28,818 nucleotides of DNA from Sarea resinae. Taxonomy: Eukaryota. The notes below the pieces were generated by a model. That model was not told where the DNA came from. It saw only the letters and a list, made by a program, of their open reading frames with translations, and made no database searches. How positions within the stretch are numbered: position 1 is the first letter of the stretch; the number at the start of each line of letters is the position of its first letter. The translations under genes were made by a program, and so were the position numbers. The stretch lies in the NCBI GenBank assembly GCA_026026165.1, contig JAPEUD010000042.1, positions 186,001 through 214,818 on the forward strand. The letters are read 5' to 3'. Positions 10,957-21,381 of this stretch are shown here, in pieces.

Positions 10957-12872
10957 CTACAATTTCGCCTTCGTCGGCCCTCCTGCCTGCTCATCCCCAT
11001 CCCCATCATCACCAACATCATCATCATCATCATCATCATCCTCCTCTTCCTCCTCCTTCTTCGCGCGCTCTCTAAGCACCCGCCTCAAGATCTTGCCACT
11101 CGCGCTCTTGGGCACCTCAGCAACAAACCTCACGCCGCCCCGAAGCCGCTTATGATTCGCGACCCTCTCCGCCAACCAATCCACCAGAGCCTTCTCCGTC
11201 TCCTTGGACGCCGGAACGCCCTTAGCCAGGGCCACGTACGCGCGCGGCACCTCGGTAGCCTGGTGATGGATGTGGACGCCGACGACGGCGACGTCGGCGA
11301 CGCAGGGGTGCGTGACCAGCAGGCCCTCGAGCTCCGCCGGCGGCACCTGGAATCCCTTGTACTTGATCAGCTCTTTGACCCGGTCCGTGATCCAGAAGTG
11401 GCCCGCCGCGTCCTGGTGCCCGACGTCGCCCGTCTTGAAGTAGCCGTCGGCTGTCAGCGCGTGCGCCGTTTGTGAGGCGTTGTGCCAGTAGCCTTTGAAC
11501 ACGTTGGGGCCCCGCACCCATAGCTCGCCTGTGCTGCCTGCCGGCACCTCGGCGCCCGTGTCCGCGTCCACGTATTTGGCGGTTTGCGAGGGGAGCAGGA
11601 GCCCGACGGAGCCGAGGTGCTTGTTCCAGTCTTCCCATGGCTGGAAGGGGGGAAAAGTAGGTCAGCCGGTGTTGGTTCTGTGGAACGGAAGGGGGGAGGG
11701 AAATAGGGATGCGGGAAAAAGGGAAATGGGGAGAGGGGAAAAGGAGTGAGAAAGAAAAAAGTACCTGAGTATGGGTCGTGGGACTCGTCTCGCTGAGACC
11801 GTATCCCTGCTTGATCGGGACCTTGAGCCGCTCATAGCAGGCCTCGACGAGTTCCTTGGTCAGCGGCGCGGCGCCCGAATTCAGCATCCGGAGCGAGCTC
11901 AGGTCGTATTTATCGACGATGGGGTGTTTGCCCAAAAGCAGCACGATGGGCGGCACGATGTAGGCGTAGGTGATGCGGTGGTCCTGGACGATCTGGCAGA
12001 AGCGCTCGATGTCGAACTTGAGCATGACGACGAGCTCGTAGCCGGCGTACATGGTCAAGTGCATGAGACACGTGAGGCCGTAGATGTGGAAGAAAGGTAG
12101 GAAGGCGAGCATGCGATCACCGCGCCCGTCGGCGCCACCGTTCCAGCTCAGCTTGCCTAGCTCGACCGCCCGCCCCTGCAGCACGTTGCTGATGATGTTG
12201 CGGTGCGAGAGCATTACGCCTTTCGGGTGGCCCGTCGTGCCGGACGAGTAGACCAGGAAGGCCAGTTCGTTGTCCGGGTCGATCTTCGCCCGACGGAATC
12301 GCGTCGTGCCGCTGATGTTGCGGATGCTGGTGAAGTGCTTGAAGCGGCCGGTTTCGTCGCGGGCGTCGCCCATGAGGATGATCCGGTCGTTGGGGAGGCC
12401 GACTTGCTTTGCGGCGGCGAGCACGACTGGTAGCAAAGGCTTCTGCGTGACGATGGCTTTGGCTTCCGAGTCCTTGAGCTGGAAGGCTAGCTCTTCGACC
12501 GTGTAGCCTGGGTTCGCGGGCGAGACCTTGCCGCCCGCCCAGTGGGTGCCCCAGATGATTGGCGGCGCATCGATGCTGTTGGGCGAGAAGAGGGCGAGCG
12601 TGTCGCCTTTACGCCAGTCGAAGAGGGAGCGAAGACCTTTGCCAAAGTCGATGGACGCGTTGCGGACTTGGGTGTAATTGTATGACCGCTTCGTGTCGGG
12701 GTCGAGGTAGATTACTGTGTGCAGATATAGATTAGAGCTGGGCACTTTGAGAGATGGAAGAAAAGGGCGTGCCTTTGTCTTCTGGATACTTGATATCTCG
12801 TTTTTCGAAGAAGAAAGACCAGAGGTCGACATTGGGGATGTCTAGTGGAGGGAAGAGGGATTCGGTGGGCAT
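10957..12872 (-). CDS. AMP-binding acyl-CoA ligase, 4-coumarate/phenylacetyl-CoA ligase-like, peroxisomal (PTS1 AKL)
   Basis: Exons 12872-12773, 12714-11765, 11640-10957. Motifs YSSGTTGHPKGV, LPFFHIYG, QGYGLSET, GELWVRGPNVFKGY, TGDVG, DRVKELIKYKGFQVPPAELE, PKSASGKILRR; C-terminus KAKL*. Confidence 0.95.
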
Positions 12873-13427
12873 CTTGGGGGAGAGGAGAGGAGAGAGAAGG
12901 AGTGGTGGCTATAGATCAATGGACGAGGGGATTGATGCTATAGAAGGAGGAATGAAAGAGAAGGGGAATAGGAGGAGAAAAGAAGATGAGGCCTTTCTTT
13001 ACGTCTTAAGTAACAATCGTGATAGCCTCTCTCAAGAAAAGAGAGGAGGCGGCTATATACAGAAGCTACAGGATGACTAAAGACCAATTCATGGACGGGC
13101 CACGGATAGAGGTCATGGCAGTGGTAACGTAGTACGGGGTAGCAGTGGAGACGTCGATCAATATATGATGTATGCACAGCTCTCCTCCGTGTGCAATGCG
13201 TTCTAGAGCACGAGTAGAATGAGCGAAATTGCGGGGGGTGGGGGAAGTCCAAGGGAAACAAGAACAAGAGGAAAAGCCAAAAGCCGAACGGGCGCTGCAG
13301 ATGCCGAGGCATCTCTCTTTCGGGCCTAGCGCCGTGCCCGGTGCCACCCATTACCCACAGACCGAGGCTCATTGATAAGATTGACGCGATAAGATTAGAT
13401 GGAATTTCCTCAGCATTCTCTCTATAT

Positions 13428-14570
13428 TTATATCGTAACCACCAGCTTCTCTCCACTGACACCTTTGCGCATCAACTGGAGCCCCTCTTCTAGTCCATCG
13501 AGCCCTGCACCCACTTTGCGCACTGGGAGCGGCAATTTGTACCTGCCATCCTGCAACAATGTCTGTAATGCGAGCATGACATTCTTGCTTCCTTGCAGCT
13601 GGGATAGTTCCCGACACATGAACATGACCGAGTCCACGCCGCTGGGCGCCTCGATCTCCTCGTCGCCCGTCCATACTTGAGCATACCTCTTGGGTCCATC
13701 CGGGTCAAACGCCTCGAAGATATGTCTTTGGGTGCTGCCCGCGCCGACCAGATCAATGATGGCGTCCACGCCTCGTGATCCTGGGCTTGCCGACCGCACT
13801 TCCGTGATCAGTGACGCCGAGTTTCTATCAAAGGCCCCGTTCGCGCCGAGTGCATTAGTAATATGGCTGTGATGTTTTGGCGAGCTAGTTGCCATGATCA
13901 TGCAATTTGGGACTGCAAGACGCAGAAGCTGGATCACGGCTGCGCCAAGGGCGGAGCTACCACCTAGGATCAGAACCGAAGAGGGTTGAAAGCCAGTCGT
14001 TGGCCCATCTTTGAGGAATGGTAACGGAGTTTTCAAGCCGACTCCGAGCGCTACTACGCCTGTGGCGTAACATACTCTAAACACAAGAAATGGCTTTAGT
14101 CCAACGCATGTAAATTCTCGAGAGAAGAACAACGGGGCAAGGCAAAGAAGGATGGCTTGGCAAAGGTGAAGGGAGCAGTGGATAACACACCCTAAAGTCG
14201 CTGCTTCTTCAAACGACCACGTCCGTGGTATTTTGGCCACCATCGTCTCCTGTACCACGGCAAAGTCCTGATACGACCCACCACGATCGCCGGCCCCGAA
14301 CATTGCCAGGACCTCATCCCCGGAAACAAAGCTCTTTACATTATCTCCAACAGCCTCAACAATACCGGCACCGTCCAGGCCCGGCACAACAGGCCATGAA
14401 GTGACTCTATGGCCCTGGTCAATCATTTTCCAATCAGCTGGGTTGATGGCAATGGCTTTGAGGCGGATCATGACCTCGGTAGGCTCGAGGGTGGTTGGTT
14501 TTGCCGCGGGTATGGCTACTAAGGGGCTGCCTTTTCCCATGACAACATATCTGGTGATTTTGGATGCCAT
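13428..14570 (-). CDS. Medium-chain dehydrogenase/reductase, enoyl-reductase-like (GroES plus Rossmann fold; no obvious Zn ligands)
   Basis: ATG 14570; exons 14570-14191 and 14076-13428. Motifs AIAINPADWKM, GLDGAGIVEAVG, FEEAATLG, LILGGSSALG, KGVSGEKLVV. Confidence 0.9.
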   Translation of the reverse strand: MASKITRYVVMGKGSPLVAIPAAKPTTLEPTEVMIRLKAIAINPADWKMIDQGHRVTSWPVVPGLDGAGIVEAVGDNVKSFVSGDEVLAMFGAGDRGGSYQDFAVVQETMVAKIPRTWSFEEAATLGCVIHCSLHLCQAILLCLAPLFFSREFTCVGLKPFLVFRVCYATGVVALGVGLKTPLPFLKDGPTTGFQPSSVLILGGSSALGAAVIQLLRLAVPNCMIMATSSPKHHSHITNALGANGAFDRNSASLITEVRSASPGSRGVDAIIDLVGAGSTQRHIFEAFDPDGPKRYAQVWTGDEEIEAPSGVDSVMFMCRELSQLQGSKNVMLALQTLLQDGRYKLPLPVRKVGAGLDGLEEGLQLMRKGVSGEKLVVTI

Positions 14571-14924
14571 ACTCGGGGATGCTATTGAGACTATTTTCAG
14601 CATGTGCAACCATTGCTTGCCTCGATCTGAACATGTGCTGAATACTCACGGTGTCTTCTGGTGCTGGAAGGCCTTTGAGAAGGCGTCCAGACTAGTGTAT
14701 CTCTGTTCTATTAGATGGCGTCTCAGAGAAGATGATGGAGCAAGGTTCGAGAGGACTTGAAATCAATTCAGCCACTGAGAGCAAGTAGGAAGATCAGAAA
14801 AGGATGAATGACCTGACTATCACCATCACAGTCTGCAGCACAACAGTGCTATCAATCCTGTATTATATATCTCAAAAACAGGGACAAAAGTGGCAGATAG
14901 CCTGGAATTGTTGACATGGAGATA

Positions 14925-14990
14925 AGACACGGAATTAACAAAAGGAAGTCAGACACGGAATTAGCGAAACGGAGTCAGACACGGAATTAG
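14925..14990. repeat. Three AGACACGGAATTA cores at exact 26-bp period; candidate regulatory array upstream of the MDR gene
   Basis: Cores at 14925-14937, 14951-14963, 14977-14989 with 13-nt spacers ACAAAAGGAAGTC and GCGAAACGGAGTC. Confidence 0.85.
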
Positions 14991-16347
14991 TTCTGCGGAA
15001 GTTTAGATACTGCGACTGGAATTAGGGAGGCATCTGAAGCCAGATACAAACTAAGATATTATTACACAGGCAGACCACTGAGGAAAGAAGAGTAAGCAGT
15101 AAGAGATGAGGAAAAGGAGATGGGCGGGCGAAGATGGCGGGGCGTGTTGGTTTAGGTAATAGCGGCGCTGATCACGTGGCAGGTGACTGGCTGGCTCTCT
15201 GGTTGAACCTCTGGCTGGATTTCTGGCAGGAACTTACTCTATCTATACATTCACTATCACGCGTCACAATATTGCAGCGCAGCACAGCACAGCACAGCTT
15301 AGCACAGTATACACATAGACCACACGAATCGAAACCTCACGACAGGGACGGCGAAAACGACAAAAGCATTCCTCATCATAGATAGACTGACGACGAGGCG
15401 CTGATCTACTTGAGCCTACTCCCCCTGATCCATTCTCATACCTCTATGCCCTTGGTCCCTGCCTCCGCCTCCACCTCTCAAACAAACTCTGCGTCCCTGA
15501 GAGACACACGAATAAAAGCCAGATCATCTCAAAGCAGAGGAAGCCAGCGAGCTAGTTATTCCACTAGACATTGTCTGACACTAAAACAAAATTGAAAGAA
15601 GATGTGGAAAAAAAGAAAAAAAGGCAAAGTAAGGGGAACGAAATCTATAGTCATAAGCAAAAGAGAGAGAGAGAGACGTGATACGAACAACGACAGGAAG
15701 AAGCTACCGAGAGCAGAGAGAGACGAGTATTGGACTTGGAGAGAAAGAAAGAGGACGGAAAGATGGACTGGGATCAATTGGGATGGGATGGGATGGGATA
15801 GTCTAGATAAGAGGGCAGAGTCCGTCGATGGTTTGGCTGGAAGGCAAGATGCTTGCTACCTACATAAATTCGCGCTGCTGCTGCTGCTGCTACCGCTAAC
15901 AGAACAAAGAAATGGATATGAGAAATTGGGGGAGGTGTGTGTGCGCGCATATTTGTTTGAGAGAGATAGAGAGAGGGAAAAGGAGAGAGAGGCTGGGAGA
16001 GCTGGATGCTGGGGGATCCACATGAAACAGGTTGGAGAAAGCAAGAGAGATGTATTAGAGATAAGATGGGTGTAAAAAGGGCGGAATGACACGGAGATAG
16101 AAGATCTCTCTCATTGAGTCGATAGTATAGAGATTTGTTCAGTTGGCTGCCTATTGGTTCTCCTGATGGCACGTTGATAGTGGTACGGAAATGATGTAGA
16201 GCCGGTAAAAGCCACACGCGCAAGATAGCGTGGGGCCAGGAATTTTGCCTGTTCATTCCGCCGAGAGCGTGTAGATCAGAGACAGGTGGGGCTAATAGGA
16301 GCTTAAACCGTAGTAGATGAAGGATAAGCCTACTCAATCCTGGCATG

Positions 16348-17846
16348 CTAAGGCGGTGTCGGCGTTTGCGGCTCCATCATCATCTCCCCCTGTCGCTGCT
16401 CGACAATCTCCCTTGCATAAAATTCCACCAACATGGTCCCATAGGCTTCCAACGTCTCCACGGGTACGGAAAGCCGGAAGTCGTTGAGGATCAAGAATTG
16501 TAACTCGAGGTGATTCAGTTCGACCAACGGCAAGCCACCCACCTGTTCATTTCAGTCAGCGACTACCGTATCAGAAGAGCGAGGGCTCAAGCAGAGAGAA
16601 AACAAACCTTGGCATATCTCGAATTAGTATAGAACACGTCGGAAAAGAACTTGCTAGCGCATGTCACGCCCGCAATGACCAAGCGGTGGATGTTGAAACT
16701 ATCTACGACGAAAAAGTGCGACAGATTGAATGGATCGGAATCGTAGTATGATTCGGGGGCCATGGATGGTGAGGGAGGAACGCCGGACATCTCTACATCT
16801 CTTTCTCTGAATGCCTCTGCTGGGGGGGTTGGTGCTGCTGCTGCACGAGATGATACTCCTGGGCCGGCTCCGGATTGTGGCATTGCGAATGCACCCCCTT
16901 GACTCTGTGGCCGGGATGGTGACTGGCGTTGCCGGAGAATTCCAGTAGGCCCAGAATTGACTCTCTCGGTCATTCGATCAAAATACACCAAGAGACTCAG
17001 AAAGACCTCGTACGTTGTCGGGCAGTACTTGTGAATCCGACTGAGATAGCTGAGGATCGTAATGCTCGGGACATTTTTCCCATGGAAGGCAAGAACGCTA
17101 GTCGTCTGTTGGCTCAGGCCCGTTGTGCCCTCAGGTGGGGGTATGTGGCGATGCAAATGCTCATGCTGCCGATCATTCGTAGTTGTAATCTTCGTCAGAA
17201 GCCCCGCGACCATCTCTATAATGTCCGCGACGGGCATTCCGCTGATTTCGTATTGGTAGCCCACCTCATCTTTGTCACTTTGTGATCGCTGAGGCGTTGC
17301 TCGCGATTGAAGGAGAAATTCTTCCGTGGCGAAACTCTGGATATGTGAGAGATCGCGAACTTTGATGCGCTGCGGTGAGCTAGCAGAACCATGTCTCATG
17401 GTGCGGGAGGAGGTAGAAGGGGGTGACGCAGTCGAATCTGCCCCGAGAGGCATGCTGGGGGGTGGTCGCGGTCCGCCGTGAGACCCAGAGGAATGACCGT
17501 AGAGCTCGGCGCTCTGTGCCGGGTGCATCAGATACTGCTGGGAGGCAAAGTTCTGGCTCATCGGACCCGAACCGAGTGGAGCGGGTTGCGTCGTGACCCG
17601 GGAATAGGGTATCTGTGCGTGGTCCGCCGGTGGCGCATATTGAGGAGGGTGTTGAGGCAAATAGGAAGATTGGACTTGTGCTTGTGGAGCGGCCGAAGGG
17701 GTCGGGAGAGGTGCCGGGGCGGGAGCGGCAGGAGGCGGTTGAACGTACGAGCGCGACGATGGATGCGAAGGGGTTGCAGCTGGATAGATTGGATCATCGA
17801 CAGGTCGTTGCGGTTGTCGTGTCTCATGCGTCTGTCCACCCAGCAT
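16348..17846 (-). CDS. PCL7: PHO80-family (Pho85) cyclin, Pcl6/Pcl7-like
   Basis: Exons 17846-16608 and 16542-16348. Cyclin box FHGKNVPSITILSYLSRIHKYCP...DSFNIHRLVIAGVTCASKFFSDVFYTNSRYAKVGGLPLVELNHLELQFL. Start codon (ACC ATG, 17846) is the best guess; an upstream exon is possible. Confidence 0.88.
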
Positions 17847-19768
17847 GGTGTGGGGGAAGTGTGCAGTATCGGACGCGACGTCGCTGATCAACACAGAACC
17901 CATGTCAGCGTATCGCACCCCTCAACCATGCGACGAGAAAGCTTCAGGTCCATCCATCAGTTGCAAGTTGTCGTGGTGGTGGTGGACCAGGCAGGATTGC
18001 GGAGCAGATTGAGGTGAAAAGTGCAGGTCTGGGCGCCGCGATTCGCGAATGAATCCCAGGTGCGAGAGTCGAGTCGAGGTGGGGAACTGAAACTAATCAA
18101 GCAAGCACGTTGCCGGGAGGGAGCTCGAGAGACGAGAGACGAGAGACGAGAGACGACGGTACAGTACCGGGAATCTTGTAGCTCAGGTCGTAGGGAGCAG
18201 ATGAGGCGGAACCCAAGGCGATCTATGTGGATAATAGGGTCGGAACAGGTGATGCCTAGGTATTGTCGGTGATGTGCCCTTGAGATTGACGTGGGAGGAA
18301 GGAGAGTCTTGGAGTTGATCGAATTCGGAACGATGGGGGGTGGTGGAGGAGGTGGAGGAGGAGGAGGAGTGGGATAGGGATGGCCAGGGCCGGACTGATA
18401 ACAAGTATCGATATCCTTAGATGATGATGATGATGATGGCGATGTTGATAATGAGGCCTCTCCTGGCAGTGTGTCCTCGCAATGCAGACAAGTGGAAAAC
18501 GACGTGCTTACCTGCTGTGGCATCCCCTGAATGCTCGACACTCGACCACGTTCGGCGACGTTGGACAGCGATTGCGAAGCTCTCACTGTCACTGTTACTG
18601 TCACTGTGGTCTATCACAGGGGGAGGGGGCTGTGGCGTAGTAACTTGGTACTGCGGTGACTGCTGAGGGAAAGTGACCTGGACTCGGGGCGCCATCAAGT
18701 ATCGACGCTAGCAAATTCACTAGAGGAGGACCTTCGTGATACTCCGTACATGACTCGTTTCACCTCCAGTCTCCCGTCCAGGGCGGGCACTTCGAGGTCA
18801 TACTACCTTACCTACCTGTACCCAAGGTTATCAAGATGAATGATAACCACTGCAGCCACCCAAGGCGCCAGGATCGTCTCGGAAGATCTCACGGAGATTT
18901 ACATGCGATGCCAATGCAAGTCCCATCGTGTCAGACACGGTAGAGATCGCACGTATGTCTTCGCACACTTCAGATTAATATCAAGCGGTGAGCACGACCA
19001 AGCCTGCCAAATGACAGATCTGTTGCATCTTGGAACGCGTCTCCATCGCAGTACGTACGCCCTCACTCGGGCTGCCTGCCTCAGGGAGGGAGGGAGATGT
19101 GGAATGCGGCAGCGTCCCCTACCCTGACCATTGATGTCGACGGGTGCACCTAAGGTGTTCATTGCAGCCTCGTTTCCCAATGGGTCTCTCCCGCCAGGCC
19201 GGTTCGGGGATCCCATCCTTATCTGGTCACCAAAAGGATCAATTCATTCTCGATGCGAGGTGATGCGATGCGATGCTATGCGATGCGATCCAATGTGATG
19301 TAGATGGCTAGGCCCGGCAGAGAAGATAGACTAGAAGTAAATACATTCGATCAAAGCCATTAGCAACCCGATCGATGACGGCTTATTTCTCTCTTTTTCG
19401 ATTGGGCCATCATGTTCCAAGACGGAGAGCGTGGGGTGGTCGCGATGTTTCTTCCTCCTTGACCGCTCAATCCCCACGTCCTGCTTCGGCCGTGTCTCGC
19501 ACAGAGGAAACCCTGCCCGCCCTCTCGTGGGGTCAAGCCAATCGCGGCACCAGTCGTCGTGGTTCGTGTGGAAAAGCAAATATAGAGCTATAGACGATGC
19601 ACCTATGCCGGCAGACCATCTCATCTAGACCAAACGTACTACGGATGCATACGTCGAGAAGAACATTGGTCGCACGAGTGCGCTTTCGCATCGAAATGGC
19701 ATTGAACCTGCTAAAAACCGGCAATCTATGGTACAGACCGTCGAGACCAACGATACACGCGACGGCGC

Positions 19769-20697
19769 TTACTTTGCCCCGGGCCCCGTGTAGCCGTTGT
19801 CAGGCAGATATAAATGCCGGATAGCACCCTTGCCGGTGAGCACAACCAGCCTTATAACACCTCCCGAGCTTCCATCCCACTTGATGGCTTCCTGCAACGC
19901 GCCTTTGACGAAGTTGATGCCCTCCTGCTCACTCATGCCTTCCCTCCAATTTGCGTCGCAATAGCCGTAGATATATGTCGATCCAGACCCGCCGATGGCG
20001 TAAGATTGTTTGTGTAGAGAACCTCCGAGAGGAATTGAGTAGACTTGTCCACCGTTACGACGATCATAGCCGGCGATGATTATGCCCGCGCTGCGAACAC
20101 GGTCAGCCGTCTATGACCAAATGATTGCCGACGACGTCAGCAGCCTACGTACCTGAGTTGATCCTTGTTATCATAGCAGAGGTCCTGGAAGATAGCTGCC
20201 GCCGTCTGCGTAGTTGGAGGCTCATCATTTGTGATGTCGTACATGCCGAGGTGGTAATGCACAATGTCTGCCACCGCCTGTGTATCTGCTGCGGATCCTG
20301 ACCGGCAACACCAGATCGTATCAGACACCTGGGTGAGCTTATCCGTGACTCGATTGGCAATGTAGGCTCCGGTCGTCGTCCGGCTGTCGGCACCTAATAT
20401 GACTCCGTCTTTGAAGTTGATTGCCATACTTGAATCTGTCAGTACGTGCCTGTTCGTGTGGTCTGGGCTGCAGATAGGCTGGATACGGACATCGATGTTC
20501 CCAGACTGTATATCTCGGTCAGCGCATGGTCCAACCAGCATGGCAATGATACCGACTCACTTGACCTCTCCTTTCTTCAGGTGATCCATATCAACATGTA
20601 TGCCATCTGAGTCTCATGCGTTAGCACAGCCATTGTCAATGAGAGATGCTGTCGGCGCACCTTCCCGTAGCATTCCTGTAACAGGGCCGTCCATCAT
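19769..20697 (-). CDS. PRE3: 20S proteasome subunit beta-1
   Basis: Exons 20697-20661, 20606-20561, 20505-20491, 20428-20153, 20090-19769. Gives propeptide ...[18 protein letters not shown] then [35 protein letters not shown]...[11 protein letters not shown]...[13 protein letters not shown]...[10 protein letters not shown]. Confidence 0.96.
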
Positions 20698-21381
20698 CGT
20701 GGCGGTATTGCGGGAGATGGGCTTTGCGTAGCGGAAGGGAGTTGGATAGAGCAGAAGAGAGAGAGGGCGGATGAGTTATCGTTGCTGGAAAAGAAGGTAT
20801 GCAGGGTGGGAATGATGATGGTGATGATGGTGATGATGGCGATGATCGTTGGAGCTTCAGGTACGCACTGTCTTGATGCACAGGCAGCACAAACGCGTTG
20901 TCCAGCTGGATGGCCCAAGCTTCATTGATCGAAGTAGTCGTAGCTGATAGGATACTTGGGGGCGGTAGGACAACGCAGCTATTTACGATGTCACTCTGAA
21001 GCCAGCGAGACTAGTACCGATTCATCACCGCCAAAGACCTCCTGGCATAAGGTACCTTAGGCAGGGTAGTCCCCTCTTCCCAGCAGGCAACACCAAACAA
21101 AACATGCAATAGTCAAACTCACCGCCAGCAGCAATACCTCTATATTCTATATAGATAGATAACTCTGTTGCTCGCGGGGAACGCATCTGATCGAATTAGC
21201 GATACTGGTAGGTGTTCCTTTCTCCTGTACTCCTTACAACATGCGCTCGACATGGAACGGTGTTCAAACAAGAAGCTCACACGACCGCCAGGCCAGGCAA
21301 CAACAGCTGCATGCTCGACTTTAACCCGCCCGCCCCACCGCCAAACCGCTCTATAGCATTGGCCCCTCCCTGAGGGAAAGA

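Noticed and set aside
14925..14990. Repeat-spacer pattern as a mini CRISPR array
   Set aside because: Eukaryotic context, 13-nt repeats, spacers similar to each other and no cas genes; it is a diverged tandem repeat.
20698..21381. Rpn4/PACE element in the PRE3-bem46 divergent promoter
   Set aside because: No GGTGGCAAA match found on either strand.
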